In this document: piece after piece, positions 48,679 to 59,793 of the stretch | Layout: each line of letters starts with the position of its first letter | Position numbering within the stretch: the first letter of the stretch is position 1 | Assembly: GCA_002269645.1 (NCBI GenBank) | Contig: NIVC01000900.1 | Span: 276,117 to 340,116, forward strand | Direction of reading: 5' to 3' | DNA: 64,000 nt | Origin: Macrostomum lignano | Taxonomy: Eukaryota | Notes under the pieces: model-generated | Databases searched by the model: none | Told to the model about the DNA's origin: nothing | The model's input: the letters and a program-made list of their open reading frames with translations, nothing else | Translations under genes and position numbers: made by a program

Positions 48679-51312
48679 TTAAGCCTCTCGTTGCAACTCA
48701 GACTTATTCTTCTGGTTCTGAGCACCAGAAGCAGATAAACTTGAGACGCCAACTCCATCGGAGAAGACGGCCCACGTCTCCTCAGCGAACTCTGCTGCCA
48801 GATGCGCCACGTCGTAGGCCGCCCTTCGACACTCTCCGCCTCCCGACCAATCAGATTTGAGCTGCTGATTGAGCCCCTTGACTGCAATCTCAGTCGAGTG
48901 CTTCTCGCTGTTTACTGGGTAGACCCAGCGGACAATCCAGCTGTCCTCACTTGACAGAATTCTGTGCTCACGACTCACCATGAAGTTAAAGACGTCTCTG
49001 GTGTCTCTCGATTGGTGAAAGTTGGGATCAATTCGCTTCAATTCTTCTAGCAGGCATTTTCGCACCTTTTCAAGCGATGCAGCATCTTTGTTTTCTTTGA
49101 GCAGCTTCATCAGCGACTCGAGCTCGAATGCCTTCCGCTCTGTCTCCGAACTCAGCTGTTTGAACTGCTTTTTATAGTCATCTCCAAGCTGCTTCTTTAA
49201 CTGGCCAAACGCGTGAGGGTATGAAAACTCTCGACCCGATCCCTTAAGCCGAACTGCCAGCGACCGATCGAGGACTTCCTTCGCCTCCTTCAGCACCGAG
49301 ACGATCATGTTGTTCATTTCTTGAAGTCCTATGTCAGTCTCTTTTATCTGCAGCTTCGTCATGAGAAATCGATTCGATCTCATGAGGTTTCCGCGATCGC
49401 CAGCGCCTTCAGCTGACCGAGTCGAGCCCGCCTTGCTCGTTAGCAGATTGAGCTCCAAGAACTCAGCAATTCTGAGCTTTAAAGACTTCTTGAAATCGTC
49501 CGAATCCAATTCAGTTTCAATAAAGAAGCTGCTGGAATCGTCCAGAGTGAGTTCGATCTTGGCGCACAGCTCGTACAATTCTCGGCGGAAGAACAGCGGG
49601 TCTTTTCCAGCTTGAGATGATGTTGACGCATCCGCCATCACCCTTTCGGCAGTTTTCTGTTCGGACTTTCGTCGCTCGAGAATGTCGAAAATTCGAGGAG
49701 CCGCATCGCGACATCCGCACTCGAGACACTCCATCAACTTCGTCAAATCCGAGGCGGGGTCTCTGAGTAGCGACTCAGCTATCAGTGCTTGCTTGTTCTC
49801 GTAATCACTGGACAATTTTCTAAAACTTGCAGCGGCCTTAGAAAATTCATCATTCTTCATAAAATGGCGACCCAGATGCTCCAGAGCGAAATCGTTTTTG
49901 TCGTCTCGCCCCAGAGCCGTCCTGTAGAGGCCTTCGACGTCGAGCTGAACTTTGAATGTCCCGATGTTTTCGGCATACCAAGCCAGGTACTCTTCAAACC
50001 CTTCCTGATTCTGGTTCAGCAGTCGAAGAAAGTTTTCCTTCTGGTTGGGCCATATTTGGTCCAATGTTTTCTCAGCCTCAAAGGCAGCAACGCACGATTC
50101 TACAGCCTCCTTTGTTTCTCCAATTTTTATTAGGTACATGGCCTTGTAAAACTCGACTGTGGCGACATTTTTGTTGTAGACCCTGAAGGTTTCTCGTAGA
50201 GAGTCGTACGCGTCTACAGCTGTGTCTTTTCCCCATTGTTCTCGCTGAAGCTCTATAATTTTCAACTCAATCCAGATGTGACCCGGCTCACCTGCTTTTT
50301 CCTGGCCCTCTTCAAGCAGCTGGACCGCCTCCTCTTTATGGCCGGAGCTTAGAGCTTCTTTGGAAAGCTCAAGGAAGAATCCAGGATCGTCAGATACGCT
50401 TGCCACTTCTTTAGCATCCTCAAACAGCCGATTTCTAATGGCCTTTAAATTGTTTGAGTTTGACTTTCTTAAAAGATACCGAAACACTTTCAGGCAAATT
50501 ATGTACACGACTTGTGACTGCTCTTTCTGCTCTTTATCCATTCCTAGTAGAAGATTTGCAGCCTTTTCGGCCAAGCCTTGGCACAGACTGGAATACCGGT
50601 AGTTGTGCAGAATGGCTTCAGCATAGTTCGCGTAGAATGTAGCCGTCGTGAGACCTTTCTTCTCACCGACGTCTTTTGCCCTTCTCCATAGGTCCAACTG
50701 AACTCTGTCAGCGTGTTTATTCGCCGTCTGCCTATCGCAACGAGCTCTTAAGTAGGCTTCGCCATAGAGCCAGTAATAGTTGCACGCCTTGCTGTGGTCC
50801 AATAGGATCCTTGACGCCTCGGCGAAGGCACTGGCGCCAATGGCGTATTTCATTGGACCAAAGCAGTCGAAAGCGACTCCCTTCGCTGCAAACGCTCGAG
50901 CCTTGCTGTTTGGGTCAGTCCAGAGTTCGTTCAGTCTCTGCATGTCTGTTTCGAGTTCTTCAGGTCTTAGTGGCCTGCCTTTTCCTCTGCTCAGCTGCTT
51001 GAGGTGCAGCATGTCGGCCCTGATAACCAACTCGCTTGACACCATGCAGTCTTCCTGACTGTCTTGCTGTATTTGTGCATCAATTTCCAACGCTTCATCG
51101 AGATGTTTCTTGGCCAAGTCGAACTTTTTGACGCGTCTGCGAGTGTACAGGTATGCTATGGTTGCCAGGTATGCGGCCTTTTTGTGAGGCTCGCGCTTTA
51201 TCTTTTTCTTCGTCTTTTCGATCACTTCATCGATGTTTGAGTTTGTGCAGTTATCATCTGGTTTCCAGGTGAAATGGCACTCCAGCTGGTCTAACGACTG
51301 CAGGCTAGTCAT
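48679..51312 (-). CDS. IFIT: Intronless 877-aa IFIT-like TPR protein with an additional ~300-aa C-terminal region (candidate HEPN-like domain)
   Basis: N-terminal L.QLECHFTW signature (aa 7-16); AYLATIAYL..A...L.EA; KG.AF..FG...Y..G..AF..A matching the IFIT KGWALLKFG..YY.KA..AFEKAL motif; further TPR-like helices; ATG to TAA uninterrupted. The symbol denotes family resemblance, not orthology. Confidence 0.8.
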   Translation of the reverse strand: MTSLQSLDQLECHFTWKPDDNCTNSNIDEVIEKTKKKIKREPHKKAAYLATIAYLYTRRRVKKFDLAKKHLDEALEIDAQIQQDSQEDCMVSSELVIRADMLHLKQLSRGKGRPLRPEELETDMQRLNELWTDPNSKARAFAAKGVAFDCFGPMKYAIGASAFAEASRILLDHSKACNYYWLYGEAYLRARCDRQTANKHADRVQLDLWRRAKDVGEKKGLTTATFYANYAEAILHNYRYSSLCQGLAEKAANLLLGMDKEQKEQSQVVYIICLKVFRYLLRKSNSNNLKAIRNRLFEDAKEVASVSDDPGFFLELSKEALSSGHKEEAVQLLEEGQEKAGEPGHIWIELKIIELQREQWGKDTAVDAYDSLRETFRVYNKNVATVEFYKAMYLIKIGETKEAVESCVAAFEAEKTLDQIWPNQKENFLRLLNQNQEGFEEYLAWYAENIGTFKVQLDVEGLYRTALGRDDKNDFALEHLGRHFMKNDEFSKAAASFRKLSSDYENKQALIAESLLRDPASDLTKLMECLECGCRDAAPRIFDILERRKSEQKTAERVMADASTSSQAGKDPLFFRRELYELCAKIELTLDDSSSFFIETELDSDDFKKSLKLRIAEFLELNLLTSKAGSTRSAEGAGDRGNLMRSNRFLMTKLQIKETDIGLQEMNNMIVSVLKEAKEVLDRSLAVRLKGSGREFSYPHAFGQLKKQLGDDYKKQFKQLSSETERKAFELESLMKLLKENKDAASLEKVRKCLLEELKRIDPNFHQSRDTRDVFNFMVSREHRILSSEDSWIVRWVYPVNSEKHSTEIAVKGLNQQLKSDWSGGGECRRAAYDVAHLAAEFAEETWAVFSDGVGVSSLSASGAQNQKNKSELQREA

Positions 51313-52319
51313 GGATAGTTGGAAGTTTTAGTTCCTTGTTGGCTCGTGAAACATTTATAGCATTTATGTGCCTTTAAGAGCAAGCATATATGCATTATAT
51401 GCCAGCTTCAAGTACTGTCTACTGCTTAAAATGAGACTTGTGCGCTCCCATTATGTTCAGCTGTGATTGTAGAAGGTATGAATGTACGTAATAGTAGACG
51501 TTTATTTCTCTTACCCAATTTTCATTTCACTTCAACGTACAGCTTTAACTGTTCAAAATGCTATATACAATATTTTAGTACCTTGTATGCCCAGAATGCG
51601 CATTTATTCGTGCAAGCATTATATACAAGTTGAAAGTACTGTCAGCAGCCAAAATGAGACGAATCCACTTTCAAAATGCTCTTTAATGGCCGGTTGGTAT
51701 GAATGTTTGCAGCAGAAAGTTCTGTTTTGCCTTACTGAAATCTGCACTTTACCAAATTATTATTCTAAGGACTGTTTAAGACAGTTGCATTTGCAGTGGA
51801 GCAGCCAAGAAGGGGAGATGGGGGAGACGAAATCCGTTCTCCAAAGTGGTACGTGGCGCTACACCCTCCGCTTGTCATCCAGCATGAATGTACAGTATAG
51901 AAAGACGCAAAATTTTTCCTAACCCACTTAACGAACTTTCACTGTCCAGTCCAGAGCGCCGTACTGCTGATCTGTGTACGCTATACAAGACAGACCACTG
52001 TACAGACAATAAATGAAATTTAATGGAAATTTTTCCGGAAAGAAGGTTTTTTCAAGCCATAAGAAATCATTTCTACTGCATTTAGATTTTTACATGTATA
52101 TCTTTTTACATGTGTTTCTGGCAATGTTTTTTGCGGAATATTCGTACACATTTGCCAATACGAGTAAAAAGCCAAGACGATGTAAAAATTGTATTCAGTT
52201 CAGAGTCATTCTTATGCTTAGATCCATAATTTTATTCTCTTGCTCCAACCTCAACATTGTTACCCCTCCTTTGTGGGAAGAAATGGGATGCTCCGAGGGC
52301 ACGGATAGCGGCTGCTGCT

Positions 52320-55300
52320 ACTACATATCGCGCCAAAAGTGGTTGATTTTCAGATGTTTTGACGCAAAAAACGCAAATTATACTACTATCTGAAAATGAA
52401 GTAAGTAGTATACAACAACGCTATCCTAAGCGTGATATGGCAATATGTAGTCGTAATAATCCATGTGCTCATATATGTACATTAATCCCATGTACTGCAT
52501 TAATCCCTATCTATCTCAAATTGTAAATGTACATTGTCTACTTCCATGTCTATCCCAATTCTACATGTGTATTGTCAACTTGTACAATCCTTCTATATGT
52601 ACACTTGCGCATTAATCTACTTCTATGACAATTTTTATATGTACAGTACATTATGTACATTAATCCCCAATCTACACGACGGCCCCCGCTCTGCGTATTT
52701 GAATCGTCAACCCCACAAGATTATATGTACAACTCGAAACACTAATTGTTACGTGTACAGCACAGTATATGCGCAGAGGTGGGTCGGTGTGTGCGCGCCA
52801 ACTGTACAATCTCACCTACTACCAAATGAGTCAACTAACATCCAAGTTTTACAGAACACGTCATATATGCATATTTATATGTGAATTACTCAAAACCAAA
52901 TGTAACTGATTACGCCATACTACCATTAGTAGAGTTTACAAGTCGAGATTCTTACTGAAAAAGATTACATTCATAATTTTACATTTTTATATTGAAAAAG
53001 CTGATATCATGTTTATTTTCAACTATTTTCAATAGTATTTCAAAATATTTTCAAAATATTTTCAATATTTTCAATTTTCAATAGTTGAAACAGAGAGCAT
53101 GCAGAAGCGCCCACCCACCCAAATTATACCCAAAATTTGCAAAGCGGCCGCACATCCAAGAATTAACTCTTCATATTCCGCTGACCCTCAAAAAGCAAAC
53201 AGTGTACGCAGAAACCGCCGCCCATCCCCAAAATTGGCGGAGGAGGCATGAGTTAGCCAAAAATTGCTGTCCACACTGTTATATCCACTCCTTTTATACT
53301 TCATCCCTCTAGAATTCCGCCCTCGTCGCCACTCCGAGACAATTACGTCATTCCCAACCCCTCTCCCCGAGTCAAAAAAGTTTTCAAAAGACGTATATAT
53401 ATGATACGTATACGATTTATTTAGTCGGCCTCTAAATTCAAGACTGTGAAAGCAATGTTTTATATGTTTCGTATCACAGTGCGGATGATACAAGACCCTT
53501 GTCGCACTTTATCCGCAAAATATGCCACTGACGCTGGTGTACACTATGGAATTAATTATGTTGCATGTTGAATCACCCTTTATCTCCGGCCATATTCAAA
53601 ATTCAACCCCAAGACTTGTTCGAAAACATCCACCCCTCAGCAGACCCCTATATAGCAAATCGAATAGAACCACTCGTCCCTGTTTCTCTCTGCACCCTTC
53701 TAAATGCCAAGGAATTTCGACCCCTCTCTCCATTTTCAGTGTACAAACAGATCTTTTCACAGCACGGACCCTATATTAAACCTCATTCAGCAAAACCCCT
53801 CTTCTCCAATTACGTCATCCATGCCGCCCCAGTTAGCAAGAAACTAACTTTCAATGCACACATCAACCCCACGAATCTGAGCAAATCCGAGTCAACCTCC
53901 AACTGCATCGACCCAATACCCCTGCATCTGTCAATGTACACAGCCTATGAATCAGTGTCTCCTCTGCATACAATTCCGAGACTGAATTCTATAGATGTGT
54001 TTTGTCAAAGAAATACTTTGGCACTATAACCAATGCGGTATACTAGAAGTAGTGAAGTCCACCCGCCCAAAAACGTGCAAATTAGCTAACATTATTATCT
54101 CTATTGATAAAATGACAGATTTCGATCCATAAAGTAAGCATTTTAACGTTAAAAATCGAAAAAATGAGGAAAACTCGTGTTTTTCATGAAAAAAGTTTGC
54201 ATTTCTAATAATTTAGCCTCTATTAACCATTTCTTAGGCTGGGCTGGCTTGTGGACTTCCGTGTGGGATCATTCTTGCTTCGAAGCCGTCTCAAGTAAAG
54301 TTGAAACGGCATTTGGGCAAATTAGCTGTTGAAATGATGGTTTCCAGTGATGAAATTACTGATTTTGATCAACAAAGTCTAACTTTTAATGTTAAAATTA
54401 AAGAAACAGGAGAAAATTCGCCTTTTATGAAATGACGGAATTCCAACTTGGAGAGGTCCGTGGGTATTTCATTCCTGCTTCGAGCGATCGAACTTTCATA
54501 GAGTCTGAAAGCTTTTAGTGAGAGGGTAGTGGAAGCGATAGAATTGGCATAGCAGCACGTTTTTGGGCGGGTGGACTTCACTACTTCTAGTATACCGCAT
54601 TGGTTATAGTGCCAAAGTATTTCTTTGACAAAACACATCTATAGAATTCAGTCTCGGAATTGTATGCAGAGGAGACACTGATTCATAGGCTGTGTACATT
54701 GACAGATGCAGGGGTATTGGGTCGATGCAGTTGGAGGTTGACTCGGATTTGCTCAGATTCGTGGGGTTGATGTGTGCATTGAAAGTTAGTTTCTTGCTAA
54801 CTGGGGCGGCATGGATGACGTAATTGGAGAAGAGGGGTTTTGCTGAATGAGGTTTAATATAGGGTCCGTGCTGTGAAAAGATCTGTTTGTACACTGAAAA
54901 TGGAGAGAGGGGTCGAAATTCCTTGGCATTTAGAAGGGTGCAGAGAGAAACAGGGACGAGTGGTTCTATTCGATTTGCTATATAGGGGTCTGCTGAGGGG
55001 TGGATGTTTTCGAACAAGTCTTGGGGTTGAATTTTGAATATGGCCGGAGATAAAGGGTGATTCAACATGCAACATAATTAATTCCATAGTGTACACCAGC
55101 GTCAGTGGCATATTTTGCGGATAAAGTGCGACAAGGGTCTTGTATCATCCGCACTGTGATACGAAACATATAAAACATTGCTTTCACAGTCTTGAATTTA
55201 GAGGCCGACTAAATAAATCGTATACGTATCATATATATACGTCTTTTGAAAACTTTTTTGACTCGGGGAGAGGGGTTGGGAATGACGTAATTGTCTCGGA

Positions 55301-56313
55301 GTGGCGACGAGGGCGGAATTCTAGAGGGATGAAGTATAAAAGGAGTGGATATAACAGTGTGGACAGCAATTTTTGGCTAACTCATGCCTCCTCCGCCAAT
55401 TTTGGGGATGGGCGGCGGTTTCTGCGTACACTGTTTGCTTTTTGAGGGTCAGCGGAATATGAAGAGTTAATTCTTGGATGTGCGGCCGCTTTGCAAATTT
55501 TGGGTATAATTTGGGTGGGTGGGCGCTTCTGCATGCTCTCTGTTTCAACTATTGAAAATTGAAAATATTGAAAATATTTTGAAAATATTTTGAAATACTA
55601 TTGAAAATAGTTGAAAATAAACATGATATCAGCTTTTTCAATATAAAAATGTAAAATTATGAATGTAATCTTTTTCAGTAAGAATCTCGACTTGTAAACT
55701 CTACTAATGGTAGTATGGCGTAATCAGTTACATTTGGTTTTGAGTAATTCACATATAAATATGCATATATGACGTGTTCTGTAAAACTTGGATGTTAGTT
55801 GACTCATTTGGTAGTAGGTGAGATTGTACAGTTGGCGCGCACACACCGACCCACCTCTGCGCATATACTGTGCTGTACACGTAACAATTAGTGTTTCGAG
55901 TTGTACATATAATCTTGTGGGGTTGACGATTCAAATACGCAGAGCGGGGGCCGTCGTGTAGATTGGGGATTAATGTACATAATGTACTGTACATATAAAA
56001 ATTGTCATAGAAGTAGATTAATGCGCAAGTGTACATATAGAAGGATTGTACAAGTTGACAATACACATGTAGAATTGGGATAGACATGGAAGTAGACAAT
56101 GTACATTTACAATTTGAGATAGATAGGGATTAATGCAGTACATGGGATTAATGTACATATATGAGCACATGGATTATTACGACTACATATTGCCATATCA
56201 CGCTTAGGATAGCGTTGTTGTATACTACTTACTTCATTTTCAGATAGTAGTATAATTTGCGTTTTTTGCGTCAAAACATCTGAAAATCAACCACTTTTGG
56301 CGCGATATGTAGT
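52320..56313. mobile_element. Non-autonomous foldback-type element: 1,759-bp inverted arms (52320-54078 / 54555-56313) around a 476-bp spacer
   Basis: Mirror coordinates all sum to 108633, four ORF pairs are identical on opposite strands, termini are ACTACATAT...ATATGTAGT, and GCTGCT flanks both sides. Confidence 0.9.
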
Positions 56314-56319
56314 GCTGCT

Positions 56320-57155
56320 CTCTCTCTCTCTCTCTCTTCACTCCGACCTGCGGCCGCCCGCGGGAGGCCGGGTCGGGGCTGCTCTGCCACCTGGATCGTC
56401 TATAGGCGGTTTTTGGCGGCCCACCCTCCGCAGGTAATCACAGAGGAGGCTGCCCTCGCCCCCCAGCACGGTATTCCAATCAACGCTGATGCCGGGATGC
56501 GAGCCTGGTGGTAGCCTGGGCAGGTTAGGAGCAGATGCTCGACCGAGTCCGACTCTCCACGGGTAATGTATCGGTCGTCAGTAGTGAGGCCGAATCGGTG
56601 GAGTGTGTCGCGCGTGAGCGGGGATTTGCGCGTTCTCAGCTGGCAAAGGGTGACCTGGCCCCATCTCGGGAAATCGTCGTGGCCAGGCGTCGGGCTCGGA
56701 TACGGGTGCATGTGGTCTCGCGTTTTTCGCCAACCTCGGATAACATGATTGATGGCAGTCCTAGCGGCGATAGGGGTGACGGAATTAGGCTGTTGTTGAG
56801 TCTCGGTAGCTCTCCCGGCCAACTCATCAGCCGCTTCGTTCCCAGGGAGGTTAGCGTGACCCGGCACCGATTGCAAGTGAATTTTGCAGCCACTCGGCAG
56901 GGCAGCGATATTAGCCCAGACGCATCGGGTGACATCGTCCGCCGCAACGGTCGGGCCGCGCAGAATCGTTTGGAGGCCGGCACGGGAATCCGTGCACAGC
57001 CTGACAGTAATGGCCGGGCTGCCGCCACTACGGAGGAGCTCAGCCAGGCGGGCAAGTGCCGCTTCGATCGCAACGAGCAAATCGCCAATTGTTCCGGCCA
57101 CACTCACCCGAGTAGCAGATTACAGTCACCCATGGCCCGTCCTACCGGCCAGCGC
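56320..57155 (-). mobile_element. 5'-truncated non-LTR retrotransposon (RNase H-containing LINE) with (GA)n tail
   Basis: RNase H motifs AIEAAL, LCTDSRAGLQ, VPGHANLPGNEAADELA; decayed C-terminal knuckle E.DSVEHLLLTCP; (CT)n at 56319-56337 is the 3' tail on the minus strand. Confidence 0.85.
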
Positions 57156-57336
57156 CTGCTGCTGCTGCTGCTGCTCGTGAGCACCAAGCGCATAAGTAAA
57201 CTAGAAAAATGTTGGCAATGATTAACTATCAGAAAATACTAGAAGACGAGATTTCAGGGCTTACATCAGCAGAGATATCATTTGTGTTTAGTGACGACAT
57301 GCCTTCTGGGGAGTTTCATCAAACACCGGTTTAACT

Positions 57337-57693
57337 GTGGAGCAGACCTTGAATCTAGATGCTTTCGACAAGTGGCTCCATGACAGTTACGGCATACAAA
57401 ATCTAGCTCAATTGACCGCTGATCAACATCAAGAAATCAAGGACATGGAGGCAACAGCGGTGGTGAAATCTACCGAGGCTCAAACTAGACAACATGTGGC
57501 GAAATTCGAAGCATTTTCGAGATACCATTCGAGTTCGTCGGCCTTTGGCGGGCATTCCAGCGCGCGATACCTGAAAGAGTATTTTCTACTGTTACTTGCT
57601 CGTCTTTCTAAGAAGGATGGAAGCTACTACGCTCCTGAATCATTCACATGCATTCTTGCTAGTCTTCATCGTGCTATCTATGGGCAAATTTAG
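57337..57693 (+). mobile_element. Crypton / DUF3504-type tyrosine-recombinase N-terminal fragment
   Basis: KSTE.QT...V.KF..F ... L..YF......KKDGSYY.PES...ILASLHR pattern. No catalytic domain follows; a solo LTR begins at 57768. Confidence 0.55.
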
Positions 57694-57767
57694 CGGGCAA
57701 AATTTTCCGGACACATAATGAGGTTAGAAATTGCCTATCTCCGTCAAATTTTAGCGATTTTTGCGGG

Positions 57768-58510
57768 TGAAGAGTTTAAGAGTGGTGATCAGTCACTCGA
57801 AAACTCCCACTTCTAGACACTGGGGAACAATTGCCTAGGTACGAGTATATGCAAAATCAAAAAACTCTTACTGCAGCGGATCCTTTAGTGGCTTGTAGAC
57901 GTCTTGGTTTGGCTTAGGTGATTCGGTACCTCCGGGAGTCCTTGACTTTTATCTGAATCAGAACTTCTTGACGGTCCTCGAGCTCGGAATTACCAATAGA
58001 ACGTGCGCCCTAATGAACAATTGAATCCTCTAAGTTTGTGATAGGTCCTCCTGAAGGGCGGCTTCTTCGTTACGTCCGAAACGTAACGGATAACTCAATT
58101 GAATCAACAAATCCTCTAGGAATGTATCCTAGGGCTATGGTTCCTCAGAGATTGGTCTTCTTCTTGTTTCTTCAGAGTCTTCTTAGAGACCGCTCTGAGT
58201 CTGAATTTTCGACTCGAATTTTCACTTATATTTATAGCAAAATTTTGGAGAAAACCGGTTTGGGATTGGGTATTTACTTAGGTCAAAAATGTTTGATTAA
58301 GCTGTCATGCATGTTTGAGCATTACCATATATGGAGTTAAACAAATACAGCTGTTGGAATCCGGTTCCTTGATCAAACAATGTAAGGTTCTAAATCGTTC
58401 TGTTTGCGCGCGATTCCTAAAATGAGATATGACTCATTCTAGAATAAATTGACTTTCCTAGAATATTACTTTAGGTAGAGCATTACGGTATGGTTTAATA
58501 ACTCTCTACA
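57768..58510 (-). mobile_element. Solo LTR (family A), second copy
   Basis: TG...CA termini, 4-bp TSD CGGG (57764-67 / 58511-14). Reverse complement of 15579-16425 apart from substitutions and a ~110-bp indel. Confidence 0.75.
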
Positions 58511-59793
58511 CGGGCAAATAAAGCCGTAGAGACATTATCGGGCACGCCTAAAGGCTCGATGACTTAAAAAGCCTACTAACAATTCCGCTTTGCAAACTGA
58601 AGGCTGCCCATAAAGTGGACAAGAGGCAATTCGTTTAAAAGGTCTGCATAGATATGCTTATTTGTGCTATTCAGCGCAAAAAAGAAGGCCCATGCAGTCA
58701 ACCAAGTTTAGAACCAACAGTTAATTACATTGTAGTGATAGTTACTAAGGCTTTTCGTCCTATGCGGACACATTTTCAGGGTGTATTTCATTTTTAAACA
58801 AAAGAGTGTATAAACTACGAGTAAGACAACATATTTATTTATCTCTGGTATTTGGGTTAAAAAAAAGAATATAAAATCAACGACCCAACCCAAATATATT
58901 AATGTAAATATGTTGCCTGCTAACTCCTTGGTAATTATACTCTTGGTTAGAGGAAGACATTTTAAAGGATAGATTATGTAGCTATTTCAAAAGCCAATGC
59001 TGAAAGATTTAATTTTAGACTCACGGTTGAGCATTTAGCACATTGATGTACACGTAATGCGCGCTTTGCCTGTCTATTTCACTGGTATTACAACTCGCGG
59101 AGAGCATCAGTAGCCTAACTTTGCTACTATAGTAGTAAGACAGCAAAAAAGCAGTATTTTACATTATTGGGTATTAGTTAAATACAATAGAATAATTTTT
59201 ATAATTTGAATTGTTTTCCTTCGGATCTAATTCGTGCTATCTACTAAATTAAGATGGTATTTGTTATAGAGAGTACTATATTATTTATTTATGCCCATTT
59301 CCTAGTTCATTTTATCGATTTAAATTCGGACGCTCTAAAGTTCAGCTTTAAATATTTACATTTAAAGATTTTGTAGGAAACATTTTTCTGCATCGAACCG
59401 GACATTTCTGTTTCTGTAAATTGTTAAAAATAAAAAATGATCGCCAGTGCTTTGATAAACAGTTCAATTTATTTATTGCCATAAATCGGCCAAATTCATT
59501 TTGATTATTTTGAAAAATAACAATATTTTTATCCAGCTGTGCATTACTAAAAAGTTTTACCGATTAATATAGTTGATGACTTCAGTACAAGCGAAGGTTT
59601 AATAAGAAGCCGTGCAAAATACGATCTCCTACATGGTAGTAAAACAAAACTGTTGCTCTACTGTATCTTTATCAAAGAATTAGAAGCGTAGAATACAATA
59701 ATTTGTAAGGTTTTAACTCGTAAACACACTGCAATCTTTTACACCGCGGATCGCTACAAAGGAAATCTTATTTTCCTTTGCTGATTTCTTACA

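Noticed and set aside
51519-51532. IRF/ISRE-like AAGTGAAATGAAAA on the minus strand ~210 bp upstream of the IFIT-like ATG
   Set aside because: A short A-rich motif with non-canonical spacing is expected by chance in AT-rich DNA; it cannot be supported without conservation data.
52534-56099. Four pairs of identical ORFs as duplicated genes
   Set aside because: They are mirror images within the inverted arms, with no recognisable domains and low-complexity AT-rich composition.
15579-58510. Inverted ~0.8-kb repeats bracketing 43 kb, suggesting a giant composite transposon carrying the immune-type genes
   Set aside because: Each copy has its own TG..CA-type ends and its own different 4-bp TSD (ACTG vs CGGG), they differ by a ~110-bp indel, and no shared TSD flanks the pair. 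They are two independent solo LTRs.
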